Part shown: positions 28,396 through 38,141 of the stretch, one piece after another | Layout: each line of letters starts with the position of its first letter | Numbering within the stretch: the stretch's first letter is position 1 | Assembly (NCBI GenBank): GCA_036504355.1 | Contig: DASXVG010000083.1 | Location: forward strand, 8,902-72,901 | Reading direction: 5' to 3' | DNA length: 64,000 nt | Source of the DNA: Candidatus Limnocylindrales bacterium | Lineage (GTDB): Bacteria; Chloroflexota; Limnocylindria; Limnocylindrales; CSP1-4 | The notes under the pieces: model-generated | Databases searched by the model: none | What the model saw: only the letters and a program-made list of their open reading frames with translations | What the model was told of the DNA's origin: nothing | Made by a program: the position numbers and the translations under genes

Positions 28396-28551
28396 ATGAA
28401 GGCCTTGCGGACCGTCGCCGTTGCCCTTGGCGTGACGCTCGGCGCCCTGATCGTGATCCCGCTCGTCGTGCTTGCCGGCCTGTTCGTGTGGCTCAAGCTG
28501 ACCGAGGAGGATGACGAGGAGGCGCTGGAGCTCGAGCAGGAAGGCATCTGA
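28396..28551 (+). CDS. Small (51 aa) single-pass membrane protein with an acidic C-terminal tail
   Basis: Not in the ORF track (under 60 aa). Strong SD GAAGGAGG lies 6 nt upstream of the ATG. Sequence MKALRTVAVALGVTLGALIVIPLVVLAGLFVWLKLTEEDDEEALELEQEGI. High GC3. Followed by a hairpin. Confidence 0.6.
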   Translation: MKALRTVAVALGVTLGALIVIPLVVLAGLFVWLKLTEEDDEEALELEQEGI

Positions 28552-28612
28552 TCGAGACGCCGCCGCCGACGGGTCCCGATCGCGGACCCGACGCGCATCT
28601 CGAGATCGAGTC

Positions 28613-28643
28613 GACGCCCGCCGGTGAGGCGGGCGTCTTCGCG
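28613..28643 (+). terminator. Stem-loop (10-bp perfect stem GACGCCCGCC/GGCGGGCGTC, 5-nt loop) followed by TTCGCGTCT
   Basis: Read directly, 60 nt downstream of the small ORF. The U-tract is weak. Confidence 0.45.
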
Positions 28644-28685
28644 TCTCCCTCCGGCGCCGGGCGGGGCGGGCGCGCACCCGCGCCC

Positions 28686-29657
28686 ATGGAGACGCGCCCG
28701 CGCCGAGCGGTGGCGCCGCCGCACGTCCACGCCCGCGCGACGCCGCGCGAGCGCCGGCTCGCCGAGATCGGCGTCCTGGTCACGGTCCTCATCTGGTCCG
28801 CGAACTTCGTCGTGGTCAAGGCGGCGATCGGGGAGCTCGGGCCGCTCACCTTCACCGCCGCCCGGTACGTCGTCGCGGCGGTGACGCTGCTCCTGATCCT
28901 CCGGCTCCGGCAGGGCTCGTTCCGTTTCCCGCACGGCCACGGCCGGCAGCTGTTCCTCATGGGCTCGCTCGGGTTCGGGGCCTACCAGGTGCTGTGGACG
29001 CTGGGCCTGACGCAGATCACCGCTGGCGACTCGGCACTCCTCATCGCCGCGTCGCCGGTGTTCGTCGCGCTGCTTGCCGGTGCGGTCGGGATGGACGTCC
29101 TCTCCCCGCCGAAGGTTGCCGGAGCGCTCATCTCGTTCGCGGGCGTCGCCGTGGTCGTCGCCGGGGGTCACGAGCTGTCGCTCGGCGCGAACCTCCTCGG
29201 GGATGCGCTCACGCTCGCGGCGGCGGGACTGTGGGCGGTGTACACGACGGCCGGCGCGCGGATCCTGCGCGTCGTGGACCCGCTCCAGGCGACGGCGTGG
29301 ACCGTCATGAGTGGCGCGATCGTGCTTGCGCCGTTCGGTGCCTGGGAGGTCGTCACCGCGCCGCCCGCGGCGGTCACCCTCCCGGCGATCATCGCGATCC
29401 TGTACTCGGGAGCGCTCGCCGCCGGCATCGCGAACGTGTTCGTGTTCAACGCGATCCGGCTCGTCGGGCCGACCCGCGTCACCGCGACGCAGTTCCTCGT
29501 GCCGGCAGGCGCGGTGATCCTCGGGGCCGTGTTCCTGACCGAGCCGGTGGGGTGGGCGCAGGTCGTCGGCGGGGCGATCATCGTGCTCGGCGTGTGGCTG
29601 ACCCGCCGCGCCCGCGTGCTGCCGGCGCTCGGATCGCGGCCCGGGCTCGTCGCGTGA
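28686..29657 (+). CDS. EamA/DMT family transporter
   Basis: 10-TM profile: IWSANFVVVKAAI..., duplicated EamA halves. Confidence 0.88.
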   Translation: METRPRRAVAPPHVHARATPRERRLAEIGVLVTVLIWSANFVVVKAAIGELGPLTFTAARYVVAAVTLLLILRLRQGSFRFPHGHGRQLFLMGSLGFGAYQVLWTLGLTQITAGDSALLIAASPVFVALLAGAVGMDVLSPPKVAGALISFAGVAVVVAGGHELSLGANLLGDALTLAAAGLWAVYTTAGARILRVVDPLQATAWTVMSGAIVLAPFGAWEVVTAPPAAVTLPAIIAILYSGALAAGIANVFVFNAIRLVGPTRVTATQFLVPAGAVILGAVFLTEPVGWAQVVGGAIIVLGVWLTRRARVLPALGSRPGLVA

Positions 29658-30475
29658 GCTACCCCCTGCCCGAGCCGCCGCTCACGCCACCCGGCCCGCC
29701 CGCGCCGGTGCCCCCGCTCCTGCCCGGCGCGCCGCCGATCGTCTTCCTCGTCGACTACGACGGCACGATCGCCCAGACGGACGTCTCGGACGCGCTCATG
29801 GCGGAGTTCGTGAACGCGGACTGGGAGTCGCACGTCGCCGCGTACGACGCCGGGATCGTCGGATCGCGGCGGCTCATGGCCTGGGAGGCCGGGCTGATCA
29901 CCGCCGATCCAGGCGCCCTCAGCGCGAAGGCGGCCGCCCAGCCGCACGACGGGTCGTTCGTGGCGTTCGCCGAGGCGGCGCGCGCGGCGGGGATCCCCGT
30001 CGAGGTGGTCTCGGACGGGTTCGGGTTCTTCATCGAGCCCGCGCTCGCGGCGCTGGGAACGCCGTGGATCCCCGTGGTCACGGCGACCATGGCGTTCGAC
30101 GGCGAGCGGCCGGTCATGGCCTTCCCGAACGGCAATCCGGACTGCTTCCTGTGCGGGACGTGCAAGCGCAACCGCGTGCTCGCGCACCAGGCCGTGGGCC
30201 GGAGGGTCGTGTTCGTCGGCGACGGCGAGTCGGACCGCTTCGCCGCCGGCTACGCGGACGTCGTGTTCGCGAAGCACTCGCTGGAGCGGTTCATGCTCGA
30301 ACAGGGCTGGCCGTTCGAGCGATGGACGGCGTTTTCGGAGATCAAGCGCTGGCTCGACGCGGAGCTGGCGAGGTTCGCCGCCGACCCCGGCTCGCTGCCG
30401 GGGCCGGTCGCCCGGCCGCTGTTCTGCGGCGCCGAGGTGTGGGGCCCAGGCAGGATCGACCCGCCGACGGGCTGA
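29654..30475 (+). CDS. HAD-IB family phosphatase, MtnX-like
   Basis: GTG overlaps the DMT stop (GTGA). HAD motif I VDYDGTI and motif IV VGDGESD. The CFLCGTCKRN cysteine cluster matches MtnX-type proteins. The first 30 aa are Pro-rich. Confidence 0.8.
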   Translation: MSYPLPEPPLTPPGPPAPVPPLLPGAPPIVFLVDYDGTIAQTDVSDALMAEFVNADWESHVAAYDAGIVGSRRLMAWEAGLITADPGALSAKAAAQPHDGSFVAFAEAARAAGIPVEVVSDGFGFFIEPALAALGTPWIPVVTATMAFDGERPVMAFPNGNPDCFLCGTCKRNRVLAHQAVGRRVVFVGDGESDRFAAGYADVVFAKHSLERFMLEQGWPFERWTAFSEIKRWLDAELARFAADPGSLPGPVARPLFCGAEVWGPGRIDPPTG

Positions 30476-30764
30476 CGGTCCCGATCGAGCCGCGCGCTGA
30501 GGACGGGTCATCCGCGCGGACGTCGAACGATTGCGGCTCGTTCACGGTCGTGTTCCGTTAGGACCGGCCCAACGCGACTCCGCCGCGGATTCGGAAGGAT
30601 CGAACGATTCGACCCGTTCCGGCGCCCATACGAAGCAGCAGCAGCGCACACGACACTTCCCGGCGGATCGCGACGGCGCCTCCAGCGCGATCGGCCGACG
30701 GCCGGCCGGTGCCCCACGCTCTCGGGTGCCGGCCGGCTGTCACCTCATCGTCACCTGGGGCCGG

Positions 30765-31352
30765 CTACTGCCATTGATCCCAGTGGACGAAGTCCTCGAA
30801 CGCCACCCAGCCGCGCCGGAGACTCGGAGAGCGCACGTCGGGCAGGGGCCTGCCCAGCGGAATCACTCCGATCGGGGTGAACTCCGTGGGGATCCCGAGC
30901 TGCGCCTTGAGCGGCTCGACGTCCGGCCCCACGAAGCCGCAGCCGAGGCCCTCGCTCACCGCGGCGAGCATGATGTTCTGCATCGTCGCGCCGATGTCGA
31001 CCCACCAGAACGGGACCGGCCACTCGATCTCGTTGCCGTCGTCGTCGAGCTTGTCGGACTCCCGGTAGCGCCGGCGGTAGATCTCCTCGCTGACGCACGG
31101 GATGAACTGCGCGGCGCACTCGCTGATCCAGGGGCCGAAGTCATCGACATAGAACAGCTCGCCGCAGATGCGCGCCACGTCGCGCCGGGCTGACGGGTCC
31201 ATGACGACGACCAGCCGCTGACCCTGGCTGAACCCGGCGGAGGGCGTTCGCTGGGCGAGCCGCGCGATGCGCTCGATGACCTCCGCGTCGACCCCGCCTT
31301 CCTCGAACCGGCGGACGGCCCGACGCTTCATGACGACCTCGGTGAACTCCAC
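30765..31352 (-). CDS. Nitroreductase family protein
   Basis: MKRRAVRRF..., RTPSAGFSQ, WWVDIGATMQNIMLAAVSEGLGCGFVG. SD AGGAGG lies 6 nt upstream of GTG 31352. Confidence 0.85.
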   Translation of the reverse strand: MEFTEVVMKRRAVRRFEEGGVDAEVIERIARLAQRTPSAGFSQGQRLVVVMDPSARRDVARICGELFYVDDFGPWISECAAQFIPCVSEEIYRRRYRESDKLDDDGNEIEWPVPFWWVDIGATMQNIMLAAVSEGLGCGFVGPDVEPLKAQLGIPTEFTPIGVIPLGRPLPDVRSPSLRRGWVAFEDFVHWDQWQ

Positions 31353-31404
31353 GGGCAGCCTCCTGCGCGTGGATCGTCGCACGCCGGTGCCCATTGCACT
31401 CGTT

Positions 31405-31432
31405 GGGACACTTGCGCCTTGTGGCGCATCTA
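31405..31432 (+). promoter_or_regulatory. ECF-type promoter candidate GGGACA-N16-CATCTA, 6 nt upstream of the sigma-factor ATG (leaderless)
   Basis: Read directly. The same motif with the same spacing to an ATG recurs at 35677-35705 in front of a sigma-factor remnant. Confidence 0.4.
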
Positions 31433-31438
31433 CCTCGC

Positions 31439-31984
31439 ATGACCGACATCACGATCGGCGACGCACCGGCTGCCGACGCGACCGTCCGCCTCGCGGCGAA
31501 CGGGGACGAGGTCGCCTTTGCGCGTCTCGTGGAGCGGCACCACGCGTCGATGGCCAAGGTCGCCTACGCGGTGTGCGGCGACGCCGAGGTCGCTCGTGAC
31601 GCCACCCAGAACGCGTGGACGATCGCCTGGCGCCGCCTGCCGACCCTCCGTGATCACGCGCAGGTTCGTGCGTGGCTTGTCGCGATCGCCGCGAACGAGG
31701 CCCGCCAGGCGATCCGCAAGGGCGGCCGACGCATCGTCGTCGACATCAGCGAGTCGCTGGACGCGGCGCCCGGCGCCGATCCGGCGGACCGCATCGGCAC
31801 AGTGGACCTGGCACGTGCGCTCGCTGGCCTCAAGCCCGACGACCGCGCGCTTCTCGCCCTGCGCTTCGTCGCCGGTCTCGACTCCACCGAGATCGCCGCG
31901 CAGCTCGGCATGTCGGCCTCGGGCGTGCGCAGCCGGCTCTCCCGCCTCATCGAGCGACTCCGGACGGAGCTCGACCATGCCTGA
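31439..31984 (+). CDS. ECF (group IV) RNA polymerase sigma factor
   Basis: 181 aa. Region 2: FARLVERHHASMAKVAYAVCGD..ARDATQNAWTIAWRRLPTLRD...WLVAIAANEAR. Region 4: LKPDDRALLALRFVAGLDSTEIAAQLGMSASGVRSRLSR. Confidence 0.9.
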   Translation: MTDITIGDAPAADATVRLAANGDEVAFARLVERHHASMAKVAYAVCGDAEVARDATQNAWTIAWRRLPTLRDHAQVRAWLVAIAANEARQAIRKGGRRIVVDISESLDAAPGADPADRIGTVDLARALAGLKPDDRALLALRFVAGLDSTEIAAQLGMSASGVRSRLSRLIERLRTELDHA

Positions 31985-33344
31985 GCGTGACCCGATGACC
32001 TTCGAAACCCGTCTCGCCGACGCCTTCGGCCGCTACGTGGTCGCGGCGCCCGTCGACGTCGACGCCCGCACGCTCGCGGCCGTCGCCGCGGCGGACGCTC
32101 CCCGACGGTATCGCGGCAAGTGGGGTTTCGCACCCCGGTGGGCTATTGCCCTCGGACTCCTCGCCGCCCTCGCGCTGGGTGGCGCCCTGGTGGCCGGGGC
32201 CCTGCTACGCGCCCAACCGGGGCCGCTCGGCGGCGGTGGCCGCCTCATGGTGTTCACCCGAGGCACTGCGATCGTGCTCGGCGCGGACGGGAGCATGCAG
32301 GGCAGTCGTAGCGTGGAGACCCGGGGCGGCAGTTGCCCCCGGCTCGTGGCGGGCGGCGCCGGACTTGCCGCCAGCACGTTTGGCGGGATCCGCGTCGGCG
32401 GGATCGACGCACCCGGCAAGGCCACGATGCTGGGAACAAACTACTCGGGCGGTGAGCGCTGGTCGCGAGACGGCCGCGTGCTCGCACGGGTCCGGTTTAC
32501 CGAGGGGATCACGTTCACGACCTTCCCGGACGGCCCGACGGGCGATCCCGTGAACGTGGACGTCGCTCCCGGAGCCATCGGGTCGGGGATCGGCGTCATC
32601 GAGGCGAACCTCTCACCTGACGGCTCGACACTCGCCGTGCTAGCTGCCACCACCCCCGAGCAGGTGACGGCCGATCCGCGCGGCGCAGTCGATGTCCTGC
32701 TCGTCGACAGTGCCTCAGGTTCGGTGCGGACAGTCGGCCGGCACGAGCGCGGTTCCCCCTGGCTCCCGACCTGGAGCCCGGGCGGCAGGTGGGCGGGGTT
32801 GGTCACGGCTGCGCCGGACGGGTCGGCGACGGGCTGGATCGTCGATGCTTTCGATGGTAGTGAGCGCTCGGTGCCGCTCGGAACAAGCGACCCAGAACTC
32901 CAGCTGCTCGCCATCAGCGCCGATGGCGCCCGGGTGCTCGTCCTGGGCGGCGCCATCCTCCGTCTCCTGGACGCCGTGGATGGGCGCGCGATCGCCAGCG
33001 TCGCGGCGACGGACGTAAGCGACGCGGCCTGGGGGCCCGATGGGCGATCGTTCGCCTGGGTCGGTCGCGAGGTCGACCCATCGTCCGGCGTTGCCGGATC
33101 CGCCACGCCTGGGTCGGTGCTCCACGTGCACGCCGCGGACGGCGCCCTTCTCCGCGACATCCCGGTCGCCGATTTCCGCTTCGCGTGGTCGCCGGACGGG
33201 TCCGCCATCGCGGTCATCGGCCAGGACCAGCGCGTGCTCGTGCACTTCCCCTGGACCGGCTCGCCGCCGCTGGCTGTCGCGACGCTCGATCTCGGCGGCG
33301 TCGACGACAGCACTTGCATCGCATGGACTGGAGACGTCCCGTGA
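31977..33344 (+). CDS. Membrane-anchored beta-propeller (PD40/WD40-like) protein; candidate anti-sigma partner
   Basis: ATG overlaps the sigma stop by 8 nt. A short cytoplasmic head is followed by one TM helix (WAIALGLLAALALGGALVAGALL) and an ectodomain with SPDGS/WSPGG/WGPDG/WSPDGS repeats. No HxxxCxxC ZAS motif. Confidence 0.75.
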   Translation: MPERDPMTFETRLADAFGRYVVAAPVDVDARTLAAVAAADAPRRYRGKWGFAPRWAIALGLLAALALGGALVAGALLRAQPGPLGGGGRLMVFTRGTAIVLGADGSMQGSRSVETRGGSCPRLVAGGAGLAASTFGGIRVGGIDAPGKATMLGTNYSGGERWSRDGRVLARVRFTEGITFTTFPDGPTGDPVNVDVAPGAIGSGIGVIEANLSPDGSTLAVLAATTPEQVTADPRGAVDVLLVDSASGSVRTVGRHERGSPWLPTWSPGGRWAGLVTAAPDGSATGWIVDAFDGSERSVPLGTSDPELQLLAISADGARVLVLGGAILRLLDAVDGRAIASVAATDVSDAAWGPDGRSFAWVGREVDPSSGVAGSATPGSVLHVHAADGALLRDIPVADFRFAWSPDGSAIAVIGQDQRVLVHFPWTGSPPLAVATLDLGGVDDSTCIAWTGDVP

Positions 33345-34435
33345 CCCGTCGACTCCTCGTGGCGAGCGGGCTCGCCGTCGCCTTGGCCGCCTGCGGCTCG
33401 CCGGCATCGGACACGGCCACAGGTGCAGCGTCACCCGTCGCACCGAGCGCCTCGGCCGCGGCGTCCTCAGCGCTGATGTCATCTTTGGAGCCAGCATCTC
33501 CGACCGCGACGCCCAGGCCCGCGGTCTTCCCCGGCGAGTCGTGGATCGCCTTCCAGAGCGACACCGGCGGCGGAACGTACGGCGTTCGGCTGGTGCGCCC
33601 GGACGGGACCGGCCTGTTCTTCCCCACCAATACCGCCGAGGGCACCGAGCAGCTCCACCCCGACTGGTCGCCCGATGGCACGAAGCTCGTATTCAGCACG
33701 CTGGGCGCGGCCGCCCGCGACCTGTGGGTGACCGATGCCGACGGCGGCAACGCCGACCACATCGTCGCCTGTGACGTGTGCTCGCTCGCGGATGAGCCCG
33801 CGTGGTCGCCCGACGGCACGCAGATCGCCTACCACGCGCACCGGCTCGAGGACGACTGGGTCTCGACGCTCGAGATCTACGACGTGGGAACCCGGACATC
33901 ACGTGTCGTCTGGACGGCGCCGTCCGATCACGCCGTCTACGCGATGCGCTGGTCCCCCGACGGGACGAGGCTCGTCGCGGAGTACGTCCATCGACGCAAC
34001 GGCACGAAGGACCTCGACGACTTCGACAGTGGCGCCCTCGTGATCTTCGACCTGACCGCAGCCAAGCCCCGACCGACAGTGATCACCGACGACTCGTACT
34101 GGCCGGCCAACCCTGACTGGAGCCCGGATGGCTCGCGCATCGTGTTCTTCCGGCCCGTAGACCCGGAGCGCTTCGACGCGGAGGCAGACCTGTGGACGAT
34201 CAAGCCGGACGGGAGCGGCCTGACTCGGCTCACGCACTACGCGGACGACCACGCCTTTGCCGTCCAGGCGACGTACACGCCGGACGGTGCGCGGATCGCG
34301 TTCGTCACGGCGAAGGTCGGGTCCGACGACCCGTGGGTGATGGCGACCGTGGCCGCGGACGGCAGCGACCCCCAGCCCGCCACGAGCAACGGCTACATCG
34401 CGGGCGTGCATCCCCGCTTCCGCCCGACGCCCTGA
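33341..34435 (+). CDS. PD40/TolB-like beta-propeller lipoprotein
   Basis: GTG overlaps the upstream stop (GTGA). Lipobox LAVALAAC. Repeated DWSPDGTKLVF, AWSPDGTQIAY, RWSPDGTRLVA, DWSPDGSRIVF, YTPDGARIAF. Confidence 0.85.
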   Translation: MTRRLLVASGLAVALAACGSPASDTATGAASPVAPSASAAASSALMSSLEPASPTATPRPAVFPGESWIAFQSDTGGGTYGVRLVRPDGTGLFFPTNTAEGTEQLHPDWSPDGTKLVFSTLGAAARDLWVTDADGGNADHIVACDVCSLADEPAWSPDGTQIAYHAHRLEDDWVSTLEIYDVGTRTSRVVWTAPSDHAVYAMRWSPDGTRLVAEYVHRRNGTKDLDDFDSGALVIFDLTAAKPRPTVITDDSYWPANPDWSPDGSRIVFFRPVDPERFDAEADLWTIKPDGSGLTRLTHYADDHAFAVQATYTPDGARIAFVTAKVGSDDPWVMATVAADGSDPQPATSNGYIAGVHPRFRPTP

Positions 34436-34574
34436 CCGCTGGGGGCGAATCGGCGCGCAACGAACCCGGGTGCGCCGACGCCATACCCTTCGAACCCGGC
34501 GCAGCCCGCGCCGGCACCAGGGTGAGGGACCAGGGCCGTCGTCGTCCGCCGACGGATCGGGCTGGATCGCGATC

Positions 34575-34793
34575 ATGCCGGCGGACGGCTCGTCCGTCGC
34601 GCGTGACATCGGCGCCCGCATCGACCATACGCAGAACCCCGACACGGTCAAGGTCTGGTCGCCCGACGGGACCCAGGTCATCCAGCGCATCGACGCCACC
34701 GCGAAGACGTACCTCGTGGACCCGGTGACGGGCGGCGCGACGGAGCTCGCGTGGGCCGAGGACATGCCCGATTGGCAGCGGCGGGCGAAGTAG
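34575..34793 (+). pseudogene. Short PD40-repeat remnant (about 1.5 blades)
   Basis: ...WIAIMPADGSSVARDIG...VKVWSPDGTQVIQRID..TYLVDPVTGGATEL. The ORF upstream of this is Arg-rich nonsense, and there is no signal peptide or SD. Confidence 0.35.
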
Positions 34794-34947
34794 CCCGCCC
34801 GGTAACGCCGGGGCGCCCGTGGCGTCTTGGGGGAGCACCGGCCTGTCGATCGTGCCGGCAGGCGAGGCTCATTGAACGTTTGATGGCTCCCTCCTGCCCA
34901 TAGGGGGCAGCCGCGGCGATGATCGCAGCGGCTCGGAGGACGAGCCG

Positions 34948-35112
34948 GTGCGAGACGTCGTCGAACGGGCGATGCGCGGTGATCGCGAGGCGTTCGGGGT
35001 GCTGGTCGGTCAGATCAGCGACCGGATGTACGCGGTCGCCTCGCGGATCCTGCGCGACACCCATCTCGCGGAAGACGCCCTGCAGGGCGCTCTGATCACC
35101 GCCTGGCGTTCC
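34948..35112 (+). pseudogene. Truncated ECF sigma factor (region 2 only)
   Basis: SD GGAGGA plus GTG. GDREAFGVLVGQISDRMYAVASRILRDTHLAEDALQGALITAWR then loses homology and runs straight into the SD of the next ORF. Regions 3/4 are absent. Confidence 0.6.
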
Positions 35113-35135
35113 GGATCAGGTAGGAGGTTCAGGAC

Positions 35136-35566
35136 ATGCGTTCCCAGCTCATCATGGCGCTCGCGACCGCTTCAGTCCTTGCGGCGGTGGCGGCACCTGC
35201 AGCAGTCGCCGCGTCGCCGGGGTTCGTTGACATCGTGCTCGACTCGAACTTCGCCACAGGCGTCGAGACGTTCACCGCAACGGGGGCGTTCTGCGCGTCG
35301 GGCACGGCCCAGTCGAGCGATCTGCGCGTCGTTGGCGGCTAAGGCGGCCTCACGTTCCACCTCGTCAAGACCCTGACCTGCGATGACGCCTCAGGCTCGT
35401 TGCTGATCGCCGTCGATGCGGCAACCTCCCGTGGCAGGACCAGGGTGGCTGGTCGGTGCAGGGTGGCACTGGTCAGTGGGCGAACGCGAGCGGCGGGGGC
35501 AACCTCGTTGGCGCGTACGTCCCGGACGGCGTGATCGACGAGTACACCGGCGTCATCGCGCGCTGA
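35136..35566 (+). pseudogene. Secreted protein gene disrupted by an in-frame TAA (35340) and a frameshift (about 35425-35430)
   Basis: SD TAGGAGG and signal peptide MRSQLIMALATASVLAAVAAPAAVAA. Sense continues after the TAA (GGLTFHLVKTLTCDDASGSLLIAVDAATS). It then continues in another frame (WQDQGGWSVQGGTGQWANASGGGNLVGAYVPDGVIDEYTGVIAR*). Confidence 0.6.
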
Positions 35567-35676
35567 TCCGCGGGCGTTACCGGGCAAGCCCGCACCATCC
35601 GTGCCGGCGAGGCGATCTCGGACCGCCTCGACGGCTTCCGCGATCTCGCGCGGCCTGAAGATCGCGCTGGCCATCT

Positions 35677-35705
35677 GGGACACTTCGCGCCTGTCGCCGT
35701 ATCTA
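35677..35705 (+). promoter_or_regulatory. Second copy of the ECF-type promoter motif: GGGACA-N17-TATCTA, 6 nt upstream of an ATG
   Basis: tCTGGGACACTTCGCGCCTGTCGCCGTATCTAtggggcATG compared with gTTGGGACACTTGCGCCTTGTGGCGCATCTAcctcgcATG at 31403. Confidence 0.35.
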
Positions 35706-35711
35706 TGGGGC

Positions 35712-35834
35712 ATGGTGAGCGAGCTCTCCTCCGCAGGCGCGGTCCCGTCCTCGGTCGTTGCGGCCGCGGTCAGCGGGGACGCGGTTGCGTTCGCCCGGAT
35801 CGTGAGCGCCCATCACGACGATATGGCGCGCGTC
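35712..35834 (+). pseudogene. N-terminal remnant of a paralogue of the 31439 ECF sigma factor
   Basis: AAVSGDAVAFARIVSAHHDDMARV parallels LAANGDEVAFARLVERHHASMAKV. Homology ends after about 41 codons. Confidence 0.55.
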
Positions 35835-36200
35835 TGGCGATTCGTGTGCTGCGCATCGATCCGGATGGCAACGTCGAGTTCCAGGCCGGCCCGAGCCAGC
35901 TCAGCGACTACTACGCTGGCCATCGTCGCGGACCCGTGCACGACGCTTGGCGCCGGCTGATCGAGCCACACCTGGACGCGGCCGGTGCGATGGCGCCGGC
36001 CGCGTCGCCGTTCGCGCGCCCCGGGCTCCTCGGGCGGCTGAGCCGTGGCACCGTGCCACCGGGTTGCCGCAGGGCGGGTCGGCGGTGGCACCTGGTCCCG
36101 CCGCCGCAATCGATCGCCCGCCGGACGGCCGGTCCGACGCCTTCATGCCATCGACCAGCCGGTGGGCGGCGGCAGAGCGGTGCGCAACCGCACGAGAACC

Positions 36201-37975
<1,775 letters not shown>

Positions 37976-37981
37976 CGCCCA

Positions 37982-38011
37982 TTGACGCCGTGCATCGACG
38001 TCCGATATGCT
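37982..38011 (+). promoter_or_regulatory. Sigma-70-like promoter candidate TTGACG-N18-TATGCT upstream of rho
   Basis: Read directly, 7 nt after the pyrG stop. It predicts a rho leader of about 125 nt. Confidence 0.4.
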
Positions 38012-38141
38012 CCAAGCATCCCCAATGGCCGCGCGCGACGGTTCGCCGATTCTGCGCGACGCACGGCCCTTGGCGCGCCCAACCCCGCTTCCCGCCCGGA
38101 CCGCCGGGCCGGACCCCACCCGCTGAGGTCAGCCGACCCTT

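Noticed and set aside
34470-34793. The 107-aa ORF as an intact gene
   Set aside because: The first 30 codons are Arg-rich with low coding character. Only the PD40-like part looks protein-like, so it was kept as a low-confidence remnant rather than a CDS.
34894-34910. Shared motif CTGCCC(n)TAGGGGGCA here and at 49187-49203 as a dispersed repeat family
   Set aside because: There are only two short, imperfect occurrences in 64 kb, which could be chance in GC-rich DNA. A genome-wide count is needed before calling it an element.
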